DNA of 64,000 nt from assembly GCA_963759805.1 (NCBI GenBank), contig CAVXAT010000001.1, forward strand, positions 224,001 through 288,000, in the 5' to 3' direction. A program made the translations under genes and the position numbers. The notes beneath the pieces are model-generated. The model searched no databases and had not been told where the DNA came from. It saw only the letters and a program-made list of their open reading frames with translations. Below, piece after piece: positions 1 to 10,377 of this stretch (position 1 is the stretch's first letter; each line of letters starts with the position of its first letter). The DNA is from an uncultured bacterium. GTDB lineage: Bacteria > Babelota > Babeliae > Babelales > RVW-14.

Positions 1-2
1 CA

Positions 3-335
3 AATTCGGCAGAGCGGACGGATTATCCAATTTTTACTCAAAAAGTATGCCATGACGTTCTTGATGGACGTGCCTATTGCGGGATTGTAATTTGTGGCTC
101 CGGAATTGGTGTGGCAATTGCAGCAAACAGATTCAAAAAAATCTATGCGGCATTGTGTTGGGATCCGGAGGTTGCCAAACATGCACGTGAGTATGATGGG
201 GCAAATGTTTTGGCCATCCCCGCAAATTTTGTTACGCAGGCACTTGCAATTGATATTATTAATGCATGGACGGGCGCAGAGTTTAAAGGTGGCGTTTATC
301 AAAAAAGGCTTGATATGATTGAGGAGATGAAATGA
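3..335 (+). CDS. rpiB: Ribose-5-phosphate isomerase B, 5'-truncated by the window edge
   Basis: The frame of ORF 111..335 is open from base 3 and reads DYP...ICGSGIGVAIAANR...AREYDGANVL, the RpiB/LacAB motifs. Confidence 0.9.
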   Translation, partial: NSAERTDYPIFTQKVCHDVLDGRAYCGIVICGSGIGVAIAANRFKKIYAALCWDPEVAKHAREYDGANVLAIPANFVTQALAIDIINAWTGAEFKGGVYQKRLDMIEEMK

Positions 336-337
336 AA

Positions 338-3115
338 TCACCCACGCTCTTCGACTTTAACAACAGATCCATTTGCAGTTTTTTCAATAATAAAATGAAC
401 AGGAAAGTTGTCCTTAAATTCGTGTAAGTGTGACACGATGATGATTTTTAAAAAATCTTCCTGAATTGTGTGAATTGCGTTCATAACCCGCATGAGTCCC
501 TCTTCATCCTGTGAACCAAATCCCTCATCTATCACAAGAGTTTGCAGCGCGGTGCCCGCCCTGCGAGCCAAAAGTTTGGAAATCGCAATTCGTAGCGCAA
601 AATCGAAGCGAAAAGCCTCACCGCCCGAGTACATCTCATATGGTCTGATGCCTGCGGCGTCCGAAATTTGAATATCCATGGTTTCCTTGACGCCGCCCTG
701 TTTTAAGTCGCGTAACGATTCGATAAAAATTTGCGCCTGATTATCTGTTAATCTTGATAAAATTCTGTTAGCTTCGGACTCAATTTCCGGAATGGCCTGT
801 TCAATCAGTAGCGCCTGAATTCCGTTTTTTCCAAAGGTGGTTGCAAGAATCTGATAATCGTCGATCTCTTGTTCAATGTTTTTGATCTGTTCGGTTCTAA
901 TTTTAGTATCGTTTTTTAGCTTTTCGATTCGTAGTAAGTCGCTTTCAAGCTTGCCAATTTGCTGCATCAAAGCCTCTTTTTGTTTGAGCTGCTCTGTTAA
1001 TTGATTTTTAAGCTCAGAAAGTAAAATTTCAATTTTCTGTTCGGTCTGTGCATCAACTTTAAGTTGTTCAAGTCTTGTTTGAGTGCTTACAATTTGTGAG
1101 CGTAAATCTTTTAAGTTATTTTTTGTAATATTTAAAAGCATGAGCCGTTGAGGTTGTATTTTGATCTCTTCCTGAACTGTTTTTAGAATTGATTCTAAAT
1201 CTTTGAGTTGTGTTTCAACTGTTTTTATCTGTTCCTGGATCTGCTTGTAATCATCAAGTTTAGATTTTAGATTTTTGATTTTACCGTCTGCATCCGTTAT
1301 TTGAGCTGCAATTTTTTCAAGCTCGGTATCTTTGGCAAAATGCGTTAGGCGTGTAGATTCTTGGACAAGCAGGGCGTCTTTTTCTTTTTCAAGTGCTTTG
1401 GAAGTTTCCAGCTCTTTTTTTTCAAGCTCAGTAATCTCTTTATTTAGATTCTCTAGCTCTTTGTTATATTCGTCTATTCTTTTGGTTAAATCATCCGCTT
1501 TGCTTGCCATCTGCTTGTGCAGGTCAGACTCTTTGCTTAGCCCTTCAATCTGTTTGTGTTGTTCAAGCAGAACTGTTTTAAGTTTTTTTAATAACATGTG
1601 AATTCTGTTTAAACGATGTTCGGCCTGAGCTTGAGATTTTACTATTTTTGTATTTAAAAACTGCTTGCGTTTTGCCGTTAAAATCTGCTCGCAAAAAGGG
1701 CACGACGGATTGTTTAAATCCTGTACGGCTGCTTTTTTATGTTCGAGTTCCCCGCGTTCTTCTTTTATTCTGTTTCCCTTTTCAACCAGTGTTTGGTAAA
1801 AAGCTTTACGTTTTTCAAACTGTGTCGTGAGTCGGGTGAAGATAGCGTCGAAATTCTCTTTGCCCTTTAAATTTTTATTAATTAAAACGAGCTCTTTGCT
1901 AAACCCATCATGCTTGGCTTGAAGATCTTTGGCCTGATGCTTTTTCTGTTTTAAAATCTGCTGCGTTTGAGTAAGTGTAAATTGACTTCGTTCAACTGCC
2001 AGTTTTAACTCATTGAGTTTTTTCTCAAACTCACTTTCAAGCAAAGCCATGCGCTTTTGATAAAGATCTTTTTTTTGTAAAATCAGCTCCTGATACTTTA
2101 ACTCTTCACGTCTTAACTCAAATGACTCTTTCTCTTTTTCAAGTAACACTGCTCTCTGTTTATTTAGAGTTCCTGTGTCGGGGAGTTGCAGGGATCTTGT
2201 GTGTGTCTGTTTCCATTGCACAGCAATATTTTTAAATTCCAGTAACTTTTCCTGTTCTTTGTTTTTAATTTTAATTGACTCATCGAGTAGGGTAGTGTAA
2301 ATATTCTTTTGCTCGGTTATTTTGCTCTTTTGCTCTTGGGTCAGCTGAAGCTGCGAGTTCAGTGCATCTATTTTTTTGCTAGTTTCTAAACTATTTTTAG
2401 CTATGCTATCTAAATTGGCTTTAATTTCAGACTCTTTTGCAAGTTCCGCATCTGCCTGCTCCTGTCCCATGATTAAAAGCTTTTTGTCATCGTTGAATTT
2501 GCGTATCTTATCAAAAGCTATCTGCTGAAGTTTGTCATATTTTGAGAAGCCAAGGATGTTTGCAAGAATCTGTTTACGCTCTTTGGGCGTCTTTTTGGAG
2601 AACTCATTTGATTGGCCCTGACGCAAAAATGCAGAGTTGATAAATGTTTCATAATCAAGCCCAATAACATTCTCTATTTTTACCTGAGTCTGTTTGCCGG
2701 TTTTCTCTGTTAACGAAACGAATTTTTCAAGCTCTGTGTTATAAACTTCAAAATCTAATGCGAGAAATGATTTGCCATGAGATGTGTTGCCACTTGATGT
2801 GCTGCTCTGTGACTGTGTGCCATTGGTTTTGGCAAATTCCCTGCGTACTCGATAAATACTCTGGCCCATTTCAAATTCAAAACTTACTACCATCCGGCTC
2901 TGTCCCAGGCGAAGCAGGCCGTCGTCGGGTTTCATTGCGCCGGAAACCTTTCTGGCCTGTCCCCACAGTGCCCAGGTCATTGCATCGAGCATGGCAGATT
3001 TTCCATTGCCATTTTTCCCGGACAGACATATGAGAGAGTGTTTGGAAAAGTCGATGGTTTGTATTTCATCGCCGTAACTTAAAAAATTTTTCAGGTCAAT
3101 TTTTCTTGGAATCAT
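338..3115 (-). CDS. sbcC: SbcC/Rad50-like SMC-family ATPase
   Basis: Walker A GKNGNGKS, long coiled coil, zinc-hook CPFC, signature YSGGE, Walker B LVIDEGFGSQD. Confidence 0.9.
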   Translation of the reverse strand: MIPRKIDLKNFLSYGDEIQTIDFSKHSLICLSGKNGNGKSAMLDAMTWALWGQARKVSGAMKPDDGLLRLGQSRMVVSFEFEMGQSIYRVRREFAKTNGTQSQSSTSSGNTSHGKSFLALDFEVYNTELEKFVSLTEKTGKQTQVKIENVIGLDYETFINSAFLRQGQSNEFSKKTPKERKQILANILGFSKYDKLQQIAFDKIRKFNDDKKLLIMGQEQADAELAKESEIKANLDSIAKNSLETSKKIDALNSQLQLTQEQKSKITEQKNIYTTLLDESIKIKNKEQEKLLEFKNIAVQWKQTHTRSLQLPDTGTLNKQRAVLLEKEKESFELRREELKYQELILQKKDLYQKRMALLESEFEKKLNELKLAVERSQFTLTQTQQILKQKKHQAKDLQAKHDGFSKELVLINKNLKGKENFDAIFTRLTTQFEKRKAFYQTLVEKGNRIKEERGELEHKKAAVQDLNNPSCPFCEQILTAKRKQFLNTKIVKSQAQAEHRLNRIHMLLKKLKTVLLEQHKQIEGLSKESDLHKQMASKADDLTKRIDEYNKELENLNKEITELEKKELETSKALEKEKDALLVQESTRLTHFAKDTELEKIAAQITDADGKIKNLKSKLDDYKQIQEQIKTVETQLKDLESILKTVQEEIKIQPQRLMLLNITKNNLKDLRSQIVSTQTRLEQLKVDAQTEQKIEILLSELKNQLTEQLKQKEALMQQIGKLESDLLRIEKLKNDTKIRTEQIKNIEQEIDDYQILATTFGKNGIQALLIEQAIPEIESEANRILSRLTDNQAQIFIESLRDLKQGGVKETMDIQISDAAGIRPYEMYSGGEAFRFDFALRIAISKLLARRAGTALQTLVIDEGFGSQDEEGLMRVMNAIHTIQEDFLKIIIVSHLHEFKDNFPVHFIIEKTANGSVVKVEERG

Positions 3116-3199
3116 AAAATTAAAGTTTTCAACATCCCAAAACCGTAGTACTATTGTCCTATCCGAGAGTTTAACCCAAAACCAGAAAGAACGCTATCA

Positions 3200-4315
3200 A
3201 TGTTGATGATAGACAGACGATACTTCCGTTATTTTGATTGGTTTAGTTTTTTTATAACGCTCCTACTGTTGGGGCTAGGGTTGCTGCTGGTTTTCAGTTC
3301 GACATACAGAGCCGAAAAACCCATTTCACTTTTTTTCAAAAAACAGGTTTTCGGTGCGCTGACCGGTTTTGTTATATACTTTTTTTTCTGTATTAAAGAT
3401 CTGCGCAAACTTGCGCGTTGGGGCTTTTGGATTTATATCTGTGTAATGGTTCTGCTGCTTTACACAATTGTTGGCGGATGGATTGGGATGGGCGCTAAGA
3501 GATGGATATCGCTTTATGTCATTCGCTTTCAGCCATCAGAACTTGCCAAGCTTTTTTTCCCATTTTTTATCGCACATTTTCTTGAGGATCTTGAGTTTTT
3601 AAATCCGGTAAAATCTCGATATTTGCCAACGGCCCAATTTTTTGTGCCGCTTGTGGTCCTTATGGTTAGCTTCTGTTTAATTGCAAAACAACCTGACCTT
3701 GGAACGGCTCTTTTGATTCTGTTTTCAGGATTAATTACTTTTTGGTTTATTGGAATTAATCGCGAATTTTTCTTGACCATTGCTCTGATAGGAATGTTAG
3801 GGGCTCCATTTTTTTGGACTATTTTAAAACCGTATCAACAACAGAGAATTTTGGTTTTGTTTGGATATGGTGATGCGCGTAAAGAGAGATATCAGGTGGA
3901 GCAGTCCAAAATTGCAATCGGATCAGGTGGAGTAATTGGAAAGGGGTTACTGCAGGGAACCCAGAATAAGCTTGATTTTTTACCGGAGGATCACACGGAT
4001 TTTATTTTTTCAGTTGTCTGTGAAGAGTTTGGATTTCTCGGTGCAATGTTAATTTTACTACTTTTCTTTTTGATGGTTGCTCGAATTATTTTTATTATTG
4101 CCCACATTCCGCCATTATTTGAGCAGATTATTGGGGTTGGTTTGCTTATTCATATACTACTTTCTGTATGCATAAATCTTGGAATGGTTACTGGTATTTT
4201 GCCTGCAGTTGGGATTCCGCTTCCACTCTTCAGTTCAGGTGTCTCCAATTTATGGATAACCTTGGCCAGTCTTGGGGGATTGAATAACATTGCAATAAGA
4301 CGCTTCTATTACTGA
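3200..4315 (+). CDS. rodA: Rod shape-determining SEDS protein RodA
   Basis: Multi-TM protein with GAKRWI, FQPSELAK, QPDLGT, PEDHTDFIF and GIPLPLFSSG SEDS motifs. Confidence 0.92.
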   Translation: MLMIDRRYFRYFDWFSFFITLLLLGLGLLLVFSSTYRAEKPISLFFKKQVFGALTGFVIYFFFCIKDLRKLARWGFWIYICVMVLLLYTIVGGWIGMGAKRWISLYVIRFQPSELAKLFFPFFIAHFLEDLEFLNPVKSRYLPTAQFFVPLVVLMVSFCLIAKQPDLGTALLILFSGLITFWFIGINREFFLTIALIGMLGAPFFWTILKPYQQQRILVLFGYGDARKERYQVEQSKIAIGSGGVIGKGLLQGTQNKLDFLPEDHTDFIFSVVCEEFGFLGAMLILLLFFLMVARIIFIIAHIPPLFEQIIGVGLLIHILLSVCINLGMVTGILPAVGIPLPLFSSGVSNLWITLASLGGLNNIAIRRFYY

Positions 4316-4435
4316 TTTGTATACTGATTTGTAAAAAATCTTGCATAAAAAAAACTTACACGATATTTTTTCTATAAGTTGCTTCGAAGTAAATTTGTAA
4401 CTATTTAGGTACCCAAAAAATTTAAGTTAAAAGTT

Positions 4436-6040
4436 ATGAAAAAATTACCGATTGGGTTACAGTCATTTGAGAACATAATTACTCAGGATTTTGTTTTTAT
4501 TGATAAAACCGGGTTGCTGTATAATCTTATTACTCAAACTGCCGGAAGAATATTTTTTTCTCGTCCACGACGTTTTGGTAAGTCACTGACTTGTTCAATA
4601 TTAGAAGCAATCTTTCAGGGGCGCAAGAAATTGTTTGAGGGATTAAGTATCAGCAAACTCGATTATGACTGGAAGAAATACCCGATAATCAGAATTGATT
4701 TCAACGGGATGGATCACGAAACTCCAACCGAACTTCGTGTTGCAATTCTTGAATTAATAAATGAGATGGCAGAGCAAAATCAAATAATTATTAAAACCAA
4801 ACTTCTTAAATCTGCTTTTAGGCAATTGATAATTGAACTGGCAAACAAGTTTGGACCTGTTGTTGTTATAATCGATGAATACGACAAGCCAATTTTAGAT
4901 CACATTGATAATAGAGAGATGGCAATCAAAATGCGTGATTTGCTAAAAAGTTTTTATGGTGTGCTCAAAGATAAAGAGGTTGACGCAAATTTACGATTTC
5001 TTTTTATCACGGGTGTAAGCAAATTTTCCAAAGTTTCTATATTTTCTGAGCTCAACAATCTTGAAGATATTTCTATGAGCGAAAAATTTGCAACCTTGTG
5101 CGGCTGCACGCAGCATGAGCTTGAGACGGTGTTCGCTCAGCACATCAAAGCGTTGGCTAAAAAAGAGGGCACGAGCATTGCTGCTATGCTTGATAAGCTC
5201 AAGCTTTGGTACAACGGATTTCAATTTTCCAAGACAGGCCCCAAAATTTACAACCCCTTCTCTCTGCTTAATTGTTTTGCTAACCAAGATTTTTCGAACT
5301 ACTGGTTTACCAGCGGTACACCTTCGTTTTTGATACGACTCATCGAGAAAAAACCATCAATTGTTAACAAATTACCCGAGCTTGAAAGCAGTGAGATTTC
5401 AGTAACGACAATGGACAGATTTTCAGTCGAAACGTATGATGAGAACTTCTTAACCATGCTTGTTCAGTCCGGTTATTTGACGATCTCAAACTACGATGCA
5501 GATAGCAGGACATATAGCTTAAAGTACCCAAACTATGAGATTCGCCTTTCCATGACTGAGCAAATTTTTGAATATACTGCGCATCTGTCACTTGAAACAT
5601 TTGGTCCATTTGTTGGCAGGTTCCACAGAGCCTTGAATAACAATGGCATGGATGCCTTTTGCCAAGCAATGCAGGATCTTTTTATACTTTTGCCACATAA
5701 CGTTGTTATGAATAAAGAAAAATTTTATCATGGTATCTTTCATGCGATTACACGGCTTATTGGAGCGTGCATAGAATCAGAAACTCCGGTACACAGTGGT
5801 TTTGTGGACGCTGTTATCCAAACGGGTCAGCGAGTCTATGTTATTGAATTCAAGAAGGGTAAGACGCCGGATGCCGCGCTCAAACAGATTTGTGACAAAA
5901 AATACTTTATAAAATTTAAAATTGAGAGTGCGAATCCGATAACATTAGTTGGTATTTCGTTTAATAAAACAACCAAGGGGGTTGTTCTTAGATGGAAGAT
6001 TAAGGAGCTTGGACCGAGATGTAAGGGTTCGAGGGTGTGA
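4436..6040 (+). CDS. AAA-ATPase-like protein with C-terminal PD-(D/E)XK nuclease domain
   Basis: KKLPIGLQSF start, SRPRRFGKS, IIDEYDKP, YNPFS, YWFTSGTP; C-terminal VDAVI...VIEFK. Confidence 0.85.
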   Translation: MKKLPIGLQSFENIITQDFVFIDKTGLLYNLITQTAGRIFFSRPRRFGKSLTCSILEAIFQGRKKLFEGLSISKLDYDWKKYPIIRIDFNGMDHETPTELRVAILELINEMAEQNQIIIKTKLLKSAFRQLIIELANKFGPVVVIIDEYDKPILDHIDNREMAIKMRDLLKSFYGVLKDKEVDANLRFLFITGVSKFSKVSIFSELNNLEDISMSEKFATLCGCTQHELETVFAQHIKALAKKEGTSIAAMLDKLKLWYNGFQFSKTGPKIYNPFSLLNCFANQDFSNYWFTSGTPSFLIRLIEKKPSIVNKLPELESSEISVTTMDRFSVETYDENFLTMLVQSGYLTISNYDADSRTYSLKYPNYEIRLSMTEQIFEYTAHLSLETFGPFVGRFHRALNNNGMDAFCQAMQDLFILLPHNVVMNKEKFYHGIFHAITRLIGACIESETPVHSGFVDAVIQTGQRVYVIEFKKGKTPDAALKQICDKKYFIKFKIESANPITLVGISFNKTTKGVVLRWKIKELGPRCKGSRV

Positions 6041-6065
6041 ATAAGATAAAAAAAAGAGAGAAGAG

Positions 6066-8142
6066 ATGGGAATGAAGTTTGTATCCAAAAACCTGACGAT
6101 CTTAACGGCGTTCGTATTTCTTACAGCACTGTTTTTTTCCAATTTATCTGCCGGTAATTTGGGCGGGTCGCCCGGCTATTTTGCATATCAGCCATTCAAT
6201 AACCTTTTCTATAACGCACAGTTTGCCAGAGGCTTTGCCAGAATGACTAATGGTTTTACTGTTGTTCCGCAGATCACAAGTGCTTCGATTGCTTATATGG
6301 ATTTGTGTCTCACTGTCTCGGGGCCGATTGATTTACGTAATGTAAATGAGATTTTCTTAGAATCAGATCTAATTTTGGATAATGGAGTTACATTCTCATC
6401 CGGTGGAGCTATTTATGGTTACGACAGAGCTTTGATTTTAAATGGCGACTTAACAATTCCTGCGAGCGCGATTATTCACATAGGTGATAGAATAATTATT
6501 GATGGCCGAGGGCATAAATTAATCCTGGGTAACGGTTCTCAGCTTTTTGTGGATACAAATGCAACTTTGACGCTAAGGAATTTGATCTTGCTCAATACTC
6601 AAAATAATCCAGGTAATCCACCAGTTTATTGTGCATCATTCGGAAGCAAACTTTGTTTGGATAATGTTGAGCTTGCACTTGCAAATGATTTTTATTTTAG
6701 TATGGGCCAACTTTTTATAAATGATGAAGTTGCCATAACCGGAACATCGGCATTTATTTATACATCGCCAATGCCAAGTTTTATAACTTCTGGGGCAAAA
6801 CTGTACTTTGATGTTGGAACGACGTTTTCAATTGCGCCTGCAACATTTACTGACTGTCCTTTTACAACTTTCCCAACGACAACAACAGATAATTTTATAA
6901 TAATGGCGGATCAAAGTTCACAGCTTTATTTAAATGGTTGTACCCTCTGTACAACAGCAACAGGGTGCAGATTTAGTAAAGGGACTATGCTGTTTGATAA
7001 TAAAGTTAATCTTAACAGTAATTCCGGTATGAGTATTTCGACGGCTAACCAGTTAACTGATGTTACAAGTGGAGGCGTTAGTACTAATGCAACTCCTCAG
7101 ACGGTATCATGGTCTCCTGATGGTAGATATATTGCTACATGTGATTCGGGAACTCAGTCGATGCAGATATTCAGTTTCAATGGAAATCTTTCGCCACATG
7201 CCATTTCGCTGCTTTGGACTGTCTCCGCAGGAGGAAACATATTGTCTCTTTTCTCCGGATGGCGAGTATATTGCAGTGAATACCTCAAATCAATTAGTTA
7301 TATTTTCATTTAATGGGGCTAACAGTATTCCGGAACCGTTTGGTGCTGCCACCATGACGAGTGGTTTCCTAGTTGCATGGTCACCGGATGGCAGATTTAT
7401 TGCCGGAGTTAACTCAGGAAATCTAAATGTGTATAGTTGCAATGGGGGCTTTATAACATCGGTTGCTACTGCTTCCGTTTCAGGTACTATTGTATTATGG
7501 TCACCGGGTGGACAATTTATATCAGTAATGAGTAACTCAGGGGTTATACAAATGTTCAAATTTAACGGCGTTAATGCCTTGACGCCTGTGGGAAACACGA
7601 CGGTTTCAGGAATTACCAATTCTTATGGAGGGGCATGGTCGCCCGATGGAAGGTTTTTAGCTATTTCTAATTATTCTTCACCCGGTAAGCTTCAGATACT
7701 TTCATTTAATGGAAGAGAAGCTCCAACATTGGTGGGCAGTGCTGCGACTACTGCCAACAATGTGCAAGGAATAGGATGGTCGCCTGATGGAAGATTTATA
7801 TCCGTGAGCAGTGATAAAGCCCCTGGCGTAATACAGATATTTGCATTTAACGGATCTAGTACGCCGACTCAGGTTGGGGGAAATATTTCTGTTTCAGGTG
7901 CTAATATTGAGGTTCCATGGTCGCCCGATGGAAAATATATAGCAGTGCTCCAACGTACTAACTCGGTGCTGCAAGTTTTCAAAGTAAACTACTTGGCAAC
8001 CAACCCTAACCCACAGGTGCTCTCCAACTCAATTGTGTTTGGTAACTCGGCCTTGGGTTCAAGTTATGATTTGAATGCAAGAGTTTTGGCAGGATCGCAA
8101 ATTGTGGTGGATGGATTATTAAATGATGATAATGTAAATTAA
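6066..8142 (+). pseudogene. Secreted beta-helix-like/WD40 beta-propeller protein with a frameshift near 7235-7250 (ORFs 6066..7313 and 7060..8142)
   Basis: The N-half matches paralog 8218..10314 in one frame and the WSPDG blades and DDNVN end continue in another. The total span of 2077 bp is one base more than a multiple of three. Confidence 0.8.
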
Positions 8143-8166
8143 GTAATAAGGCTGTTACATATTATG

Positions 8167-8192
8167 GATCCTGAAATAAATTCAGGATGACA
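8167..8192. repeat. Palindromic repeat, type C (GATCCTGAAATAAATTCAGGATGACA)
   Basis: Hairpin ATCCTGAA/TTCAGGAT with a TGACA tail; same family as 45307-45365 and 48657-48683. Confidence 0.8.
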
Positions 8193-8217
8193 GGTACAGC
8201 AAAGAAAAGAGAGCGAA

Positions 8218-10314
8218 ATGAAGTTTGTATCAAAAAACCTGACGATCTTTTTTTTAACGGCGTTCGTATTTCTTATAGCACTGTTTTTTCCCAACTTATC
8301 TGCAGCTAGTCTTGGCGGATCGCCCGGTTATTTTGCATTCCAGCCTTTCAACAATGTTTTTTATGATCAGCAATCTGCTACTGGTGTTGTCAGAATGGAT
8401 AATGGATTTACAGTTGCAAAAGCTGCCAGTGGAATTGGGAATACACATGGATCTTCTGTTTACATGGACACATGCATCTCTGTCTCCGGTGCTATTGATT
8501 TACGCCAAACAAATACCATCTTTCTTCGATCAGATTTAACCCTGGATAATGGAGTTACATTTTCTTCGGGTGGAAATATTTATGGGTATGACAGAGCGCT
8601 GATTTTAAATGGCGACTTAACAATTCCGGCCGGAATTGTTATTCACATAGGCGACAGAATAGTTATTGATGGTCGAGGGCATAAATTAAACCTTGGCAAC
8701 AGCGCACAACTTTTTGTGGATGCAAATGCAACTCTGACTTTGAAAAATTTAGTTTTAGATGGTACTCAAAACCAGCCGGGACATCCAATGGTTCAGTGCG
8801 CAACTCCGGCCAGCAAACTCTGCCTTGATAATTCTGAGATTATACCCGGAGGCGACTTCTGGTTTAATCAAGGCCAACTTTTCATTCACAACGATGTTGC
8901 AGTTACGGGTACGTCGGCGCTTGTGTACAGAACGACAAAGCCTTTGATGATAACCTCAGAAGGTAGACTATTTTTTGATGTTAATACCACTTTTTCAGTT
9001 GCGCCGGCAACATTTACCGACTGTCCATATTCAACTTTTCCAACAACAACAACAAATAATTTTATTTGGATGGCTGATCAAACATCACAGCTTTATTTAA
9101 ATGGTTGTACTCTTTGTACAACAGCAACGGGATGCAGATTTAGGACCGGCACATTACTGTTTGATAATAAAGTAAATCTTAAAAGTAATTCCGGAATGAG
9201 CATTTCGACATCCAATCCGTTAACGGATTTATCAAACGGTGGTGTTACTACGAATACAACACCGCAGCAGGTGGCATGGTCGCCTGATAGCAGATATGTC
9301 GCCACAGAGAATAATGGTGGAACAGCGGGGGTACAAATATTCAGTTTTAATCCAAACATTTCGCCTCAGGCTGTTTCATTGCTTTGGACTATTACGACAG
9401 ACTATGGGAATTTTTCTTTTTCTCCGGATGACAGATTTTTAGCAATTGCCGGAAACAATACTTTACGTCTTTCTATATATTTATTAAACGGGGCTAGCAG
9501 TGCTCCGACACTGCTAGGTAGTGTTCCTATTCTAGCCGGTGGACTGCCGGTATGGTCGCCGGATGGTAGATTTATAGCATTGCCTAGTACAAGTAATGTG
9601 TTAAATGTATACCGATTCAACGGTATATCTCCGGTGCAAGTTGCCACTGTCACCGGTTCAGGTGCCCAGTGGTTATCATGGTCACCTGATGGACAATTTA
9701 TAGCTGAAGTGTCAGTTGGAGGGGTTATTCAGATATTCAAATTTAACGGTATTAACACTTTGACATCGGTGGGGAGCACATCTACAGGTTTTGGTTCTGT
9801 GTATGGAATGTCATGGTCACCGGATGGAAGATTTCTGGCTATTCCAAATAACGCTGCGAATGGACTTGCGGTGTACTTTTTTAATGGGAGAGAAGCCCCG
9901 ACGTTGGTGGGCAGTACTGTGGCTGCAGCAGCCAACGCACAAATAATTTCATGGTCACCGGACGGAAGATTTATAGTTACAAGCAACAGCGCTTCTACTG
10001 TTTTGCAAATATTTTCATTTAATGGCTCCTCTGCGCCAACTCAGGTTGGGGGGAACATTACTATTGCCCATGCTGCTATCGGTGCCGCATGGTCACCGGA
10101 TGGGAATTTTATAGCAGCATTCGAGCGTGCTGCAAACAAGCTGCAGGTTTTTAGAATAAATTATGTTGCGACCAATCCATCACCCCAAAACCTGTCCAAC
10201 TCAACTGTTTTTGGCAACTCAGCGTTGGGATCAAGTTATGATTTAAGCGCTCGACTATTGTCAGAGTCGCAGGGTGTCATTGATGGAATAGTAAATGATG
10301 ATAATGTAAATTAA
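8218..10314 (+). CDS. Secreted beta-helix-like scaffold with an inserted WD40-like beta-propeller
   Basis: Signal peptide, about seven (W/F)SPD(G) blades, conserved C-terminal NSxVFGNSALGSSYDL...DDNVN. Confidence 0.85.
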   Translation: MKFVSKNLTIFFLTAFVFLIALFFPNLSAASLGGSPGYFAFQPFNNVFYDQQSATGVVRMDNGFTVAKAASGIGNTHGSSVYMDTCISVSGAIDLRQTNTIFLRSDLTLDNGVTFSSGGNIYGYDRALILNGDLTIPAGIVIHIGDRIVIDGRGHKLNLGNSAQLFVDANATLTLKNLVLDGTQNQPGHPMVQCATPASKLCLDNSEIIPGGDFWFNQGQLFIHNDVAVTGTSALVYRTTKPLMITSEGRLFFDVNTTFSVAPATFTDCPYSTFPTTTTNNFIWMADQTSQLYLNGCTLCTTATGCRFRTGTLLFDNKVNLKSNSGMSISTSNPLTDLSNGGVTTNTTPQQVAWSPDSRYVATENNGGTAGVQIFSFNPNISPQAVSLLWTITTDYGNFSFSPDDRFLAIAGNNTLRLSIYLLNGASSAPTLLGSVPILAGGLPVWSPDGRFIALPSTSNVLNVYRFNGISPVQVATVTGSGAQWLSWSPDGQFIAEVSVGGVIQIFKFNGINTLTSVGSTSTGFGSVYGMSWSPDGRFLAIPNNAANGLAVYFFNGREAPTLVGSTVAAAANAQIISWSPDGRFIVTSNSASTVLQIFSFNGSSAPTQVGGNITIAHAAIGAAWSPDGNFIAAFERAANKLQVFRINYVATNPSPQNLSNSTVFGNSALGSSYDLSARLLSESQGVIDGIVNDDNVN

Positions 10315-10346
10315 CCCTCCTTCGCTCTAACGTAGCTACGGAGGGC
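10315..10346 (+). repeat. REP-like palindrome, type B (CCCTCCTTCGC...GCTACGGAGGGC)
   Basis: Imperfect hairpin with the CTTCGC-loop-GCTACG core seen at many other sites in the window. Confidence 0.75.
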
Positions 10347-10377
10347 ATAGAAATAAAGTTACGAGATTGGAGAAAGT

